From a virus: a DNA stretch of 64,000 nt. Shown piece after piece: positions 30,692 through 41,322 of this stretch (within the stretch, counting starts at the first letter, position 1; each line of letters starts with the position of its first letter). Below the pieces are notes generated by a model. That model searched no databases. It saw nothing but the letters and a program-made list of their open reading frames with translations, and was not told the origin of the DNA. The stretch is taken from positions 53,565-117,564 of IMG/VR virus record IMGVR_UViG_3300005573_000064. The stretch is one strand, 5' to 3'. A program made the position numbers and the translations under genes.

Positions 30692-32278
30692 TTAGGCAGC
30701 GGGTGTCGCTGAATCCGTTGAAGGTTTGCTAATCACTCTAAAGTATGCGTAGACACTATCGGAGGGGGTTTCCTCTATGTCTCCTACCGTACCTAGGTCT
30801 TTGCTCTCCTCAACGAGTTTTTCCGTGGCGGCTTGAGCCGCCTGAGTTTCGTCAGTTTTAATAACAGGGGAAGCGACCTTCTCAACACGTGTGATATCCA
30901 CGGGAGCGGAATCCCCAAACTCCGCCAAAAGATCCTCCAAAGTATCCTCCAATGAATGCGTGGTCCGCTTTCGCAACTCCTTGGCGAACTCCTCGGTGGT
31001 CTTGTTCCTGCTTACAGCCTTTCTTAGAATCTTCGATAGAATAGCCACTTCCATAGCTAACCTTTTGTGAGAGGTGTTAGCCAGTTCAAGACATTTATCC
31101 TCGAAGGAAGCTATCTGTTCTTTGTAGCTGGCGATCTCCAGTAGCAACGACTCTTTGACTTTTTGGAGACTTTCAAGGGTTTCAGTAACACCGGTCGCCC
31201 CTCCCTCCGCCACAGTATTGGAGATCGCGCTTGTCTCCACTTCCGGTTTTTTCATATTCGACTCCTTTAGTGTTATATCCGAATTCTCGGATTCAAGATC
31301 GGTCTCATTATTCTCACCGTTCTTGTTGTCGGTATTCTCCACGCCAGCTTCCTGAGACTGTACGGAAGACAAACTCTCGGATGCGACCAATGACGAAGAG
31401 ATATTTGGTTTAATCGGGGAGGGTTCGCTATTAACGCCAATAGCATCATCCTCCATTCCCTTAATCGAACTCTTTGCCGCCACCGGAGGGGTCCCGGCTT
31501 GAGCGACTATGGTCCTAGGGGGCGGCACGTCCTTGTTTCTGTTCCAGCTTTCCTTGATAAGTGCGAACCGTTCCTCCTTTCCCTTTATGGATATATCCCC
31601 GTCCCGCAGGCTTCTGACTCCCAGAAGAGGGATACTCTCGTTCTGCGTGGAGGACTTGCTTATAACTCTGGCCGTGGTGTCGCTTGGAATAGTCACAAAC
31701 GATATCTCCTCGAACCACACCGGACCGATAACTCTATAGCACTCCTTGGGCGTTCCATCTATGATATAAATGTTTCCCGGTATGTGCGTGCAGGAATCGT
31801 TCGCACCCTCCTCGGCACCGCATATGGAGCATTTCACCGATGAGGTCTCAATGCCTATTGACACCGTTAGAAATCTCTCGGATAATATCATCTGAATCGC
31901 ATACGGGTCACTTATCTCGGGAACCACGGAGACGTATCCACCACCCCCTCCGTCACTTACGAACTTTGCGTACTTGACTCGGCCATATACTGGAGAGGTG
32001 TCTCCGCCCAGCATTCCCGGGACGGCATTGTGGTCCTTTATTATGGGTTTGGGATAGGGTTCAAGCAGACTGTATATTCCGTTTCCAATCGCGCTATCGC
32101 CTATGAGGCTCTCGGCAGGGTAGTATGTTTTATTACGTGTGACTCTTGCAGCGGTTATCACTCTTATCTCAGGATATATGGCGTCAATATCGCCCTTGTA
32201 TTCCTCAAGTAATTTTCTTGCGTGCCCTCCGGATTGGGGCGACATAAGAGTCGATTCGACTATTTGTATTCTTCCCAT
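30692..32278 (-). CDS. Prohead protease fused to a scaffold region
   Basis: IIKDHN, VYGRV, FLTVSIG, CSICG..CTH, EISFVTIPSD, then an acidic coiled-coil C-terminus. Confidence 0.85.
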   Translation of the reverse strand: MGRIQIVESTLMSPQSGGHARKLLEEYKGDIDAIYPEIRVITAARVTRNKTYYPAESLIGDSAIGNGIYSLLEPYPKPIIKDHNAVPGMLGGDTSPVYGRVKYAKFVSDGGGGGYVSVVPEISDPYAIQMILSERFLTVSIGIETSSVKCSICGAEEGANDSCTHIPGNIYIIDGTPKECYRVIGPVWFEEISFVTIPSDTTARVISKSSTQNESIPLLGVRSLRDGDISIKGKEERFALIKESWNRNKDVPPPRTIVAQAGTPPVAAKSSIKGMEDDAIGVNSEPSPIKPNISSSLVASESLSSVQSQEAGVENTDNKNGENNETDLESENSDITLKESNMKKPEVETSAISNTVAEGGATGVTETLESLQKVKESLLLEIASYKEQIASFEDKCLELANTSHKRLAMEVAILSKILRKAVSRNKTTEEFAKELRKRTTHSLEDTLEDLLAEFGDSAPVDITRVEKVASPVIKTDETQAAQAATEKLVEESKDLGTVGDIEETPSDSVYAYFRVISKPSTDSATPAA

Positions 32279-32310
32279 TAGTTCCTCTCCAAGGAGATGT
32301 CTCCTTTTCA

Positions 32311-32616
32311 TCAGTTCCTGTTGAAATTCTCACGCTCCGCTAGTAAAAGCTCGGCTTTGGCTAGTTTTACTGAAAGATCAAGATTGTCTTTTTGAAGTTG
32401 CAGAATATTAGCTCTCAGTCTGTCGATTTCATCTCTAAGGTTTTTTATTTCAATCCACAGCTCACCTGTCAATTTGGCTCTATCTTCTATCTCAGCAACT
32501 TCAATAGCGGCATTCGACTCTCTAAGCTTCTCACCCCTTACGATTACTCTGCCAAGAAGGAACACGGTTATGGTACTGACCACCGAGGCCAAGGCGGGCA
32601 AGTAATCTCTTATCAT
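32311..32616 (-). CDS. Membrane-anchored coiled-coil protein (holin-like)
   Basis: One N-terminal TM segment followed by heptad repeats. Confidence 0.45.
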   Translation of the reverse strand: MIRDYLPALASVVSTITVFLLGRVIVRGEKLRESNAAIEVAEIEDRAKLTGELWIEIKNLRDEIDRLRANILQLQKDNLDLSVKLAKAELLLAERENFNRN

Positions 32617-32634
32617 TATCCCCTCCCCCCGCTA

Positions 32635-33045
32635 TTAAATATTTCTTTGCAATCTCTCCAATATTTTCGTAAGCCTTAGATATACCAATCCGGAGGATAA
32701 TACAAAAGTGAGGGAGAGAATGGCGAACATGTCATGTCTGCGCCATATCGCCACGGTTAGGTATGTCCATAGAGCGCACGAGACCAGAGAACTCACTCTT
32801 CTTAATTTCAGTTCACCGAAGGAAAGGCCGATGAAATGCAATATCGCGATTGCAAACACCACAAGGGTTAATAGCTCAAGCCCGAATATCTTAGGGGTCA
32901 CCAGATAGAGGGAACTGTTGGGCGGGGCGAGCCCAAAGAGGAGAAACACCGCTAACAGTATTATAGCCAAAATGGATTGAAGCTCTGCAATTTCTATATC
33001 CCAATAGTACAGGAGGTTCCTTACTAATCCTCTGATACGTTGCAT
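32635..33045 (-). CDS. Four-TM membrane protein (holin-like)
   Basis: Four hydrophobic segments. Confidence 0.5.
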   Translation of the reverse strand: MQRIRGLVRNLLYYWDIEIAELQSILAIILLAVFLLFGLAPPNSSLYLVTPKIFGLELLTLVVFAIAILHFIGLSFGELKLRRVSSLVSCALWTYLTVAIWRRHDMFAILSLTFVLSSGLVYLRLTKILERLQRNI

Positions 33046-34799
33046 TGTACGCCCTCCTCGACCAGCATCCTAGTAAGCGCGGAGTGCTCGGAAAGAAGTT
33101 TAGAGCGCACGTTAATTGCTCCGATATCCCTAGGCTTCTTGGCGGCTAATTCGATTATTTGATTGCAGAAGTTGTTGATCCACGCCTCATCACCGGTCAG
33201 ATCGTAAAATAATTCCTTTCTCATACTCTCAGGAGTTAGTTTACCTTCTCTAATATCACCTAACCTTGAAATAACTCTGTCCGACAGCTCCCGCACCCTG
33301 TCTTCCGGATACGATAAGGTGATTGCGCTACCACCCTTCTTGTTCGTGGGAGTCGTTATATTCAATCCGGCCTTCCCGGTGGTGTCCTTCCTGTCCTTTC
33401 TCGGGGCTCTGCCTTTGGTGTCGGACTGCGGGAGGTCGGGAGACTTATCGGTAAGAATGTTAACTCCGAATCTGGAGGCTATGGCCTGTGGAATCTGCAC
33501 CTTGCTCACATAGCCTTCGCCCCAATCCATCTTGCCCTTGAATCCCAAGCCCTCTCTTAGCTCCTCCGAGGTTATGCCATTCATAGTCCATAAATTCATA
33601 AGGTGGGTCTGCATCTTGATCAAATCATCGGTATCCAGGGTGGGCCATTCAAGAACGACTCTGTCATCGGGATTGTTAATTGGATCATATCCGGCTTCAA
33701 TAAGGAGTTCGTCAAAAATATAAGAAGTAATATACGATGATAGCATTGACTGATAAGCTCCGGCCCGCTTATGAGTCTGGGCGGCCAGGTGATCCGCTGC
33801 CCCTTGGGAAATCTCCCCGCTTATGTCCCCTATGTCCATATTGGACACGCCCAGTCCGGTAAGAACCCGAGCTTTGAACATTTGAAGGTAGCCTTCGGCC
33901 CGGATCGCCTGACTCTCGGCTCCTATGACTTTTATGGTGTGGCCGGGAGGAGTTATGATAAATCCGTCCGGTGCGCTTGTTCGGTAGGCATTGACGACAT
34001 CGTCTATGTCCTCCTGCCTGCCCTCCCCGGTGCCCGTTATATCGGGAACGGTTTGGTGAATCATAGGGTTAAGGTATTTGTAAATCAGCTTTATTACATT
34101 CTCCTCCATCTGTCGGAGAGCCCTTATGTCCTCTATGACGGTTACCACTGGAGGGATACCCCATATGCCGCCCGCCTCCTTGTCATAGGTGAAGTGGAGA
34201 ATGTCCTTGGGATCGAACTCCCTTGTCTCCTGCTTCACTCTCTGCTGCCATTTTATAACCTCCCCTTCGGGAGACAGCACCGGTGTCATCTGGAAAGCCG
34301 GTATGTTAAAGTACGCCCCCACCGGCTTTGTTCCCGGCTGGAAGTACATCCCGGGTATGGGATTGTCAGTGGTGAATCTAACCTTTACCAGAAAACAGTT
34401 TCCGTATTTGACAAAGTCGGAAACAAGGGTTCTAAATGTGATATCCCAGTCCTGACCGGAGGTGTATCTGAACAGCTGAAGTCTTTTGCGAATATAGGCC
34501 GTGGTCTCCTTGCCGCCCTTAAGGTCCCAGCCGTTATCAAATATAGTCTCAATATACTTATCCAACCCTTGATGGATATATGAATCCACAAGATAGGCGC
34601 TTCTAACGGCCATTATATCGAAAGGCGGGGCGGTACCGACTTTGGTCGCTCTAACGCCCGAACCGGCCTGATACTTAAGTATTGGATTGCTAAGAGTCTT
34701 AGGACGAGATTTTGCCGGAATCGTTCCCGTGGACCGTCTGATCGCCCCGGACATTCCGGTTCTAACAGGAGCCTTCACATTATATTCGGCCATTCTCAA
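33024..34799 (-). CDS. Portal protein
   Basis: DFVKYGNCFL, DILHFTY..WGIPPV..DIRALRQMEE, GITSEELREGLG. Confidence 0.88.
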   Translation of the reverse strand: MRMAEYNVKAPVRTGMSGAIRRSTGTIPAKSRPKTLSNPILKYQAGSGVRATKVGTAPPFDIMAVRSAYLVDSYIHQGLDKYIETIFDNGWDLKGGKETTAYIRKRLQLFRYTSGQDWDITFRTLVSDFVKYGNCFLVKVRFTTDNPIPGMYFQPGTKPVGAYFNIPAFQMTPVLSPEGEVIKWQQRVKQETREFDPKDILHFTYDKEAGGIWGIPPVVTVIEDIRALRQMEENVIKLIYKYLNPMIHQTVPDITGTGEGRQEDIDDVVNAYRTSAPDGFIITPPGHTIKVIGAESQAIRAEGYLQMFKARVLTGLGVSNMDIGDISGEISQGAADHLAAQTHKRAGAYQSMLSSYITSYIFDELLIEAGYDPINNPDDRVVLEWPTLDTDDLIKMQTHLMNLWTMNGITSEELREGLGFKGKMDWGEGYVSKVQIPQAIASRFGVNILTDKSPDLPQSDTKGRAPRKDRKDTTGKAGLNITTPTNKKGGSAITLSYPEDRVRELSDRVISRLGDIREGKLTPESMRKELFYDLTGDEAWINNFCNQIIELAAKKPRDIGAINVRSKLLSEHSALTRMLVEEGVQCNVSED

Positions 34800-35235
34800 T
34801 CTCCTTTAGTTTAAGTCTTATCGACTCTTCGCTTACCGGCTCGTCCCATCCTATGATGATAAAAGGAATATGCAACTCCTTAAGGATAATGATGGTGTTT
34901 GACACTATTTGATTGGCCAGCTCCCATGACTTTTTGTCATAGCAGAATCTTTTTCTTTTATCCCAGTCCCCTATCTCGGGACCTAGAACATGGACGACCA
35001 ACGGCCTTTCCGGAAACACAAGGGTGATAGGATAAGCAACACCGTTAAGCGCATTCCAGCTCCATTTGCCGTCCATCACCCACGGCTCCATTTCATCCTC
35101 TCTGACAGCCAGGAACATCGAGACCACGGTGTTTCTTCGTTTGGCGTATTCATCAAATAGTTTATTTCCCCCAAGAAATTTCCATCGAAGGAGAAGGTAT
35201 AATGATCTAAGTTTTCGCATGAAAATCCTTTCCAC
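34780..35235 (-). CDS. Hypothetical protein, possibly degenerate DUF559/Vsr-like fold
   Basis: LVFPERPLVVHVLG..LKELHIPFIIIGWDEP; weak resemblance only. Confidence 0.4.
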   Translation of the reverse strand: MERIFMRKLRSLYLLLRWKFLGGNKLFDEYAKRRNTVVSMFLAVREDEMEPWVMDGKWSWNALNGVAYPITLVFPERPLVVHVLGPEIGDWDKRKRFCYDKKSWELANQIVSNTIIILKELHIPFIIIGWDEPVSEESIRLKLKEIENGRI

Positions 35236-35329
35236 GAATTTCCCAGGACCTTCCTTTGAATCGCCCTGACATCCCAGGCTTGAACCGCCCAGTCGCGAAC
35301 GCCTTACCGCCCGCTGAATTCGGTATTCG

Positions 35330-36562
35330 TTATATCCTGGAGGAAAGATTCCGCATTATCCAGGAGGCCCCCTTTGATATTTCAATGGAGGGCAGCACCT
35401 CGGCTATTCTGGATAGTATGTTAATTTGGTTGATGTCACTGACTCTGGATACCGACATGTCCGTCATGGAGTCAAGCATTCCATACTTCCTTTCAAGCTC
35501 GTTCTCCCAGACATACATTTTATATATAAGATCCGTTTCCAGTTCGCTGACGGAGTTCGATATCGCGGAGATAAGACCGTCAAAAACCGGGCACTCTCCT
35601 AGGAGATTGGCGGACATAATGCTGGTTCCAATCCGAAGAATCGGAGAGCTCACCTTGTCATATATGGCGGAGGCCAGACTGTTAAGTATGTCAAGGGACT
35701 CTCCAACCAAAAGAGACAGAGTCAGTCTTCTAATCTCATCTCCTATGGCTTTCCATTTGCGCTCCTTTGGTCGAGAGGAGGCTTTTAAAACCACCGATGC
35801 CGCGCTTAACGAATAGGCTATGGACGCAGCGTTCATCGGAGCGCTCAGTGCGGCCATGGTTGCAATCCCCTCGGCCTGAAGGGTGGCCTCCTGAGAGGAA
35901 TAAACTCCCGGCTTGCTCCTTAGATCGGCAATTATCCGATTAACCTCCTGGACGTTTACACCTTCGGCCAGGCAGTCTATAAGTCTCGCCATCTGGCTTA
36001 GGAAGCAGTCACCTGCGGAATTCCAAACGGAGTTGACGGCACCGCTTACAAGTCTGGATAGGAACGACCCGGCAAAGTCAACACGTCTCTGGAATATGCG
36101 CCTTACCTCCGGTGTTATAATCCATGACGCGGCATCCGGACCAAGACTGTAAAGATAATCATGCGACTGGATGATATCCCGCTCCACGCTTTGAATACCT
36201 GCGTACATCATATCCATCACGCTGGTTCCCCGATCCCAGGCTGCGGCTTCGTATTCAGAGGAGGCCTGAGCCCAGAGAGAGCAGTCACTAACTATCAGGG
36301 AGTCAAGGGAAGCGGCTGATATCGAGGTCACTCCCCGGGATGCCAAGGAGGGGGAGGAGGCTATCGATTCGTTGGAAACCTTGGATTTCACATCCGAGAT
36401 AAGTTGCAGCAGGTTTTGGTGAGCGGATAGCAGACTTGTGTTTTCCACATAGTCAAGGTTGGTCACCACCGGAGGGGCTATGCTGGTCTGAACACTTCCA
36501 ATACCGGTGGCCGGAGGGTCGGCAACCAGTTTTTTCTTCTTGGTAATATCGGAGAGGTTCAC
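35330..36562 (-). CDS. Hypothetical helical protein (410 aa)
   Basis: ORF between terminase and portal with a GGAGG RBS. Confidence 0.7.
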   Translation of the reverse strand: MNLSDITKKKKLVADPPATGIGSVQTSIAPPVVTNLDYVENTSLLSAHQNLLQLISDVKSKVSNESIASSPSLASRGVTSISAASLDSLIVSDCSLWAQASSEYEAAAWDRGTSVMDMMYAGIQSVERDIIQSHDYLYSLGPDAASWIITPEVRRIFQRRVDFAGSFLSRLVSGAVNSVWNSAGDCFLSQMARLIDCLAEGVNVQEVNRIIADLRSKPGVYSSQEATLQAEGIATMAALSAPMNAASIAYSLSAASVVLKASSRPKERKWKAIGDEIRRLTLSLLVGESLDILNSLASAIYDKVSSPILRIGTSIMSANLLGECPVFDGLISAISNSVSELETDLIYKMYVWENELERKYGMLDSMTDMSVSRVSDINQINILSRIAEVLPSIEISKGASWIMRNLSSRI

Positions 36563-36571
36563 GCAATCCTC

Positions 36572-38161
36572 CTAGAACGAGGACCTGGAAATATTTCCTA
36601 TCGACCCTCTTGAAAAGCCGGACCAAATTCCCCTGTCGGTCATGCCGCCTCGCATCCCCCTGAACATATCCTTCTCCAACTTTAACGTCCTTTTGGATGG
36701 AACGATTTTGGGAAGAGGCAGCGCATAGCTCTTCGTGGCTTTGACGTACTGCAGCTTGTCCTGATAATGAGAATGAAGAGCATAACACGCCAGACCGCAC
36801 GCATCGATTATATGTTCGTTTCTTCTGGTGGTCCTTATTATATTGGACCCCATCCCCACGATCTTGTAGTCCTTGAGCTGCTTGTCAAATATTCTATCGT
36901 AAACGCTAATCTCAAGCAGACCGTCCTCAAGGAGCTTCAACAGAGTATTTATCATGACGGTCTTAAATTGTTTTTTTACAGGCTTTCCGTCAACCGGGTC
37001 GTTGATTACGACATTCTCATTAAAGTTAAATCCCACGACTTTGGTGGCCAGTCCGGAGGAGGCGTTATTCTTTCCGTACAGTTTAAGCTCCTCGACCGCA
37101 TGTTCGCCATATCCCCTGTCCACATATATGAACTCAGGATCGAACGATTCGTTCAGCGCGATAACCCTCTTGACTGCATTGGTCAAAGTGTAATCGCTTC
37201 GGGGAACCTCCTCCCTGTAGATAAGCCTGTACTTTGTCTGGCCCGGCACGAGCTCCACTATGCAGATATTGACCCCGGCCTGATACTTATCCCAGTCCAC
37301 GCCCATCGCCCTATGAGCGCTCCCTCTTGGCGAGCCCCTCTCCACATATCTGTAATCAACCTTGGCTCTTTCTATGTCCTTCACTCTGAAGGCGCTGAAC
37401 CCGGCTTCAAGAAACTCAGCCAGATACTCGCAGGTGAACTCCATGTCGGTGGACAGGCTCCGTCTCTCGTCTATGTCCTCCTCAGTGAAGTCGGGGTTCT
37501 CGGTAATGGGAACGTGTATCTGATACCACTGTCCGGAAGTGTCACTGCACCATTCAAAAAATCTTCCCTTTTGCTCGGCAGGCGTGCTGCCTATGATGGC
37601 CCTTACTTCAAGACCGTCCGCGCTCTTGTACTTGTCTCCAAGTATGATAGGGGTCAAAGCCTTGAAGTCTCCATCCTGCATATAAGCGGCCTCGTCAACC
37701 AGCACCATGTTCGCACCCTTGCCTCGAAGGGCGCGGCCTTCCTTGTTGCCGCCCGTTCCAGTGGTCCTTCCCTTTATGGTGGAGCCGTTCTTAAACTTAA
37801 TCAGGTGGGGGAATTTGGTTCTTTCCTGGAGAGCATCGGATAGAACCGGGGTGGAGTTTATAAACTCATTGATAACTTCAAACAGCTCGGTCACCTTGTC
37901 ATCATCGGGACAGGCTATAAGCACATCATAATACTTATGAACGGAGACGGCCCACAGAGCCAGCACCGCCATGGAATACGACTTGCCTCCGCGTCTATGG
38001 GCCCTTATCACAATCCTCTTCTCATTACAAGATAGGATTCTTCTTTCCAAATAGTTGGCTTTGAAATTCTCTCCGCTTGCCGGATCCTTAAGAAAAGCTT
38101 CGGCCCACAGCAGAGGGGATGATAAGATTTCGCCTAGTTTTCTTACATCCTCGGAATCCAT
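36572..38161 (-). CDS. terL: Terminase large subunit
   Basis: Walker A HRRGGKS, Walker B VLVDEAA, GSTP, nuclease MGVDW and EHIIDA. Confidence 0.93.
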   Translation of the reverse strand: MDSEDVRKLGEILSSPLLWAEAFLKDPASGENFKANYLERRILSCNEKRIVIRAHRRGGKSYSMAVLALWAVSVHKYYDVLIACPDDDKVTELFEVINEFINSTPVLSDALQERTKFPHLIKFKNGSTIKGRTTGTGGNKEGRALRGKGANMVLVDEAAYMQDGDFKALTPIILGDKYKSADGLEVRAIIGSTPAEQKGRFFEWCSDTSGQWYQIHVPITENPDFTEEDIDERRSLSTDMEFTCEYLAEFLEAGFSAFRVKDIERAKVDYRYVERGSPRGSAHRAMGVDWDKYQAGVNICIVELVPGQTKYRLIYREEVPRSDYTLTNAVKRVIALNESFDPEFIYVDRGYGEHAVEELKLYGKNNASSGLATKVVGFNFNENVVINDPVDGKPVKKQFKTVMINTLLKLLEDGLLEISVYDRIFDKQLKDYKIVGMGSNIIRTTRRNEHIIDACGLACYALHSHYQDKLQYVKATKSYALPLPKIVPSKRTLKLEKDMFRGMRGGMTDRGIWSGFSRGSIGNISRSSF

Positions 38162-38163
38162 TC

Positions 38164-38433
38164 CTACTTCCCGTTGGAACTTTGGTAGCTGTCATAGTTC
38201 GGAGGCATGCCAATCTTATTGGCGAGAGCGGGTTTGACTCTGTTGCCGCCATTCTTCGCTGGAACTCCGGGGCCACCCTGACCGTCACCGGCACCGTACG
38301 TGGACTTGTAGTCGGGCGGAACCTTGTCCAGTTTCTTCGTAATCGGGGACACTCTGGGTACCTGGGCGGTTCCACTGTTTCCACCGCCTTTTGCAGGAAC
38401 GCTCTTCGGTGATCGCTTGTCTACGTTTGCCAT
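38164..38433 (-). CDS. Small Gly/Pro/Lys-rich protein
   Basis: AAGGAG RBS, upstream GCTATAAT box, stop abuts the terL start. Confidence 0.65.
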   Translation of the reverse strand: MANVDKRSPKSVPAKGGGNSGTAQVPRVSPITKKLDKVPPDYKSTYGAGDGQGGPGVPAKNGGNRVKPALANKIGMPPNYDSYQSSNGK

Positions 38434-38469
38434 TATTTTCTCCTTGGAGAACTTGTTCTCTCCTCTGTA

Positions 38470-38781
38470 TTATAGCCTCAGTTGCTCTATGAATCTTAAT
38501 TGAAAATTAGGTTGGGTGGGATCATAGGCTCCCACGGGATAGGTAATCCGAGCAACCCATCCTATCAAAGGATTAACCACCTGGTTAAAGGATATCGAAG
38601 CCTCCCCCGCCACGTTGGTGTATGTGCTGTAGACAATAGGCCCCGGATTGGTCACCGACCCCGACCCTGGAAACACCTCGATAAGAACACCGGATACCGC
38701 AGTGGAGTATCCGCGCGCGTCAGGTTTGCTCGGGTAAGGTCCGAATGTTATTGTAGTGCTTACTTGGTTATCTCCCTGCAT
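38470..38781 (-). CDS. Small beta-rich (Ig/transthyretin-like) protein
   Basis: GAGGAG RBS; STYTNVAGEASISF. Confidence 0.6.
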   Translation of the reverse strand: MQGDNQVSTTITFGPYPSKPDARGYSTAVSGVLIEVFPGSGSVTNPGPIVYSTYTNVAGEASISFNQVVNPLIGWVARITYPVGAYDPTQPNFQLRFIEQLRL

Positions 38782-38806
38782 GTCCGTCTCCTCGAAGCAT
38801 AAATCT

Positions 38807-39226
38807 TTATTGTCTTCTGGCGTATCTCCTAGCCATCGCTCCGGCCTCCGACCCCAGCATGGAGTTCGCCCCGTTCAAAGTTTGGAGCCCTCTTTGTTGC
38901 GCTCTCAATGTCCAGTCCGAATGCTCGAAGCTTTGAGAGAAGGGCGTGGACGCCATTCTGAACTGGGTGTTTCTCGCCTGCACCAGTCCGGATGAAAGGT
39001 GAATCACAGCCGGAGTCATCGATAGTATCTGTCCGGCAATATACCCAAGACCCGCCTCCGAAGTTCCTATCAACGCCACGGTAAGCCAGTTCTTGGCCAC
39101 TATATCCTTTGTTGCCGCCCAAAACGCGCTATGATGCTGAGCCTTGGCCTCCCTCCCCGCACGTATCGCGGATTCGGCCGCTCCGATATAGTTGTATGCA
39201 TTCAGACTAAATCTTATGGGATCCAC
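38807..39226 (-). CDS. Hypothetical virion-type protein (139 aa)
   Basis: FEHSDWTLRAQQRGLQ..LGSEAGAM C-terminus; co-oriented. Confidence 0.6.
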   Translation of the reverse strand: MDPIRFSLNAYNYIGAAESAIRAGREAKAQHHSAFWAATKDIVAKNWLTVALIGTSEAGLGYIAGQILSMTPAVIHLSSGLVQARNTQFRMASTPFSQSFEHSDWTLRAQQRGLQTLNGANSMLGSEAGAMARRYARRQ

Positions 39227-39238
39227 GTTGCGCTCCTA

Positions 39239-40009
39239 TCACTTGTTATTATAGTACATCGATAAGGCCAGATATCCATCACCGCCTAAATCCGGGCCCG
39301 ACAGCGACAGAGGGGTGATCACACGCTGTCGCTTCCTGTCCTCCTTTGGCGAATCCCAATAGTTTCGTATGGTGAAGTATGCCGCTGAAAGAGCCGCGCC
39401 TTGAAATAGTCTTTTTCTAAGAGTCCTGTTTAGAACGTAATGGTACCTCGAGCGCGCACGTCTTTGCTCGAAAGCCTCATCACTCTCACCCGGCCCTTGC
39501 TCATATTTGTAACCTAACTTGTCAAGAAGATTCTTCTCATCCGAGGTGAAGTTCTCCGGATGTAGCGAGGCCCCCTCTCCTCTGTTCTCTATGGTCCGAA
39601 GAACGGCTGTGATTCTAGGATCCTCCTTCAATCTCATCGGGGCCGGATCCCCTCCCATCATCACACGCTCCCAGAACCCCACAGCCATCAAAGGAACGCT
39701 TAAAATGGCTTTTCCGATCTTTTTCAGGCCTTCACCTCTGTTCCGTCTTACAACTGAGCCATCGGAACCAATTCCAAACTCAAGTCTGGAAATCCCTACA
39801 GCTACCGCACGGATACCCCCAATAGTGGCGCTAAACATGCCTTTGACTGCGTTACCGGCCCCTTTCCAAAGATAATCCTCGAGATTGCTTCGAATTATCA
39901 TGGAGCGAGTCCACAGGGGATATGCGACATGATCCCTCAGCGGAGCCCAAACATGGTCGCCCATGTAGCGCTTGAATGCCGACCATAGTCCTCTGAAATA
40001 TCCGTTCAT
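39239..40009 (-). CDS. Hypothetical protein (256 aa)
   Basis: Co-oriented ORF ending GGDGYLALSM. Confidence 0.6.
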   Translation of the reverse strand: MNGYFRGLWSAFKRYMGDHVWAPLRDHVAYPLWTRSMIIRSNLEDYLWKGAGNAVKGMFSATIGGIRAVAVGISRLEFGIGSDGSVVRRNRGEGLKKIGKAILSVPLMAVGFWERVMMGGDPAPMRLKEDPRITAVLRTIENRGEGASLHPENFTSDEKNLLDKLGYKYEQGPGESDEAFEQRRARSRYHYVLNRTLRKRLFQGAALSAAYFTIRNYWDSPKEDRKRQRVITPLSLSGPDLGGDGYLALSMYYNNK

Positions 40010-40078
40010 AAATTTTACGGCTCAAGCCCTCCGCTGTTTAAACAGCGCAAGGCGCATGCCGCCTCCTTTTCAACAATT

Positions 40079-40273
40079 CTATTTTCGAGGGAGCAGTTCC
40101 CCTAGCAGGGGATCCGCTATGATAACCGACTGGGTTTTAAGATTACCTAACACTTTGGAGGGGTCTGTTGCGGTTGGCGTCCAATTCTTTTTGAGCGAGG
40201 GGCTGTTATTTCTAGAGCCGGAAGGCGAGGGCTTTGAATTGGACGGCCGGCCTCCGCCAGGTTTTTTACTCAT
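40079..40273 (-). CDS. Small basic protein (64 aa)
   Basis: TGATG overlap with the upstream gene; AAGGAG RBS. Confidence 0.5.
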   Translation of the reverse strand: MSKKPGGGRPSNSKPSPSGSRNNSPSLKKNWTPTATDPSKVLGNLKTQSVIIADPLLGELLPRK

Positions 40274-41028
40274 CAGTCTGTCTCCTTGTCCGAAGAATCA
40301 TCCTTGGAGGATCCTCTTCCTCCGCGGAGCGATTCCATCTTCCTTTCCGAATTATATTGCGCAAGCACCTGAGTCATCACGTTCGTTATATCGCTTTCGC
40401 CCATGGACTTTCTCTCGGCCTCTTTTCTAGCCTGCCGTGACGCCAATAGAAGCTGATAGTGTTTGTTTATATCCTGTCTTAGCCTTCTCTGCTGTTCCAG
40501 GAGCTGGCTTGGTTGCCTGGAGTTATGTCTCAGTCCCGTCTTGGAGTCCGTACCTGCAACCATAACCTCCACCGGAGCCTCCTTGCGCTTAAGCTTGTCG
40601 CACTCCGTAAGTTGTATCTGCAGCCTTACAAGGTCGTTCACCATTTGAATGTCGGTGTAGTCCTCGGGCCTTATATCCAAATCATTGACATACCCGGCAA
40701 AATGTCTGAAGGCGTCCACTATCTCCAACGGGCATCCGTGCCCCACCCATCTTCCAACAGTGGAATTTTTAACCAAGGGGCACTCACCGCTGAAGTCGCA
40801 CTCCTCGCCTTTGCAAAGCAGGGGCACCGTGGTGTAAATCGTTAGCTGCTCCTCCACATTGGAAAGCTCCTCGGCACTCCAGTTAAGGACATAGTACCGC
40901 TTTCTTCTCATCTGAATGACTTCGGGCGGCCTGTAGTAATACTCTCCGGACTCGTCCTTCACATCGAAATTGGAGAAGTCTATTCTCAACGAGCCCATAA
41001 CAGTCTTTATATTTTTCTTTGACGCCAT
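40273..41028 (-). CDS. Putative terminase small subunit
   Basis: PLLCKGEEC..CPL..CPLE Cys cluster and helical C-terminus LLASRQARK; upstream of terL. Confidence 0.5.
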   Translation of the reverse strand: MASKKNIKTVMGSLRIDFSNFDVKDESGEYYYRPPEVIQMRRKRYYVLNWSAEELSNVEEQLTIYTTVPLLCKGEECDFSGECPLVKNSTVGRWVGHGCPLEIVDAFRHFAGYVNDLDIRPEDYTDIQMVNDLVRLQIQLTECDKLKRKEAPVEVMVAGTDSKTGLRHNSRQPSQLLEQQRRLRQDINKHYQLLLASRQARKEAERKSMGESDITNVMTQVLAQYNSERKMESLRGGRGSSKDDSSDKETD

Positions 41029-41052
41029 ATATTCCTCTTACAGGTAGCTCAC

Positions 41053-41185
41053 GTCCCTCGAGTTACAAGTAACCCGCGTCCCTCGAGTTGCAATCAACTC
41101 GCGTCCCTCGAATTACAAGTAATTCGAGTCTCCGTGAGTTATAACTAACTCACGGGTCCCTCGAGTTACAAGTAACTCGAGTCTC
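41053..41185. repeat. Five tandem ~25-bp units, each with the palindrome GAGTTAC-AA-GTAACTC
   Basis: gtccctcgagttacaagtaacccgc / gtccctcgagttgcaatcaactcgc / gtccctcgaattacaagtaattcga and two further units. Confidence 0.9.
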
Positions 41186-41322
41186 TGGTAAGTCGGTTCC
41201 TCCAAGGTACACTAATAAGTAGCGGACGAAAACAATTGTTTTCATTAAGATTGCGACTGGCCGCTAAAATGCGAAGACCGTAGTGTGAGGAAACTTAACG
41301 GAACAAGGAAGTCAGGTCCCGA

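Noticed and set aside
242-41000. Many plus-strand ORFs (e.g. 11576..12508, 33771..34583, 36767..37843)
   Set aside because: Antisense shadows of well-supported minus-strand genes, with no recognisable motifs.
41053-41185. CRISPR array
   Set aside because: Units are directly tandem with no unique spacers, and no cas genes are visible.
41209-41287. Hammerhead ribozyme (CTAATAA..GAAA)
   Set aside because: Core G5 and G8 are A, stem II is 2 bp and there is no stem I; only a generic hairpin.
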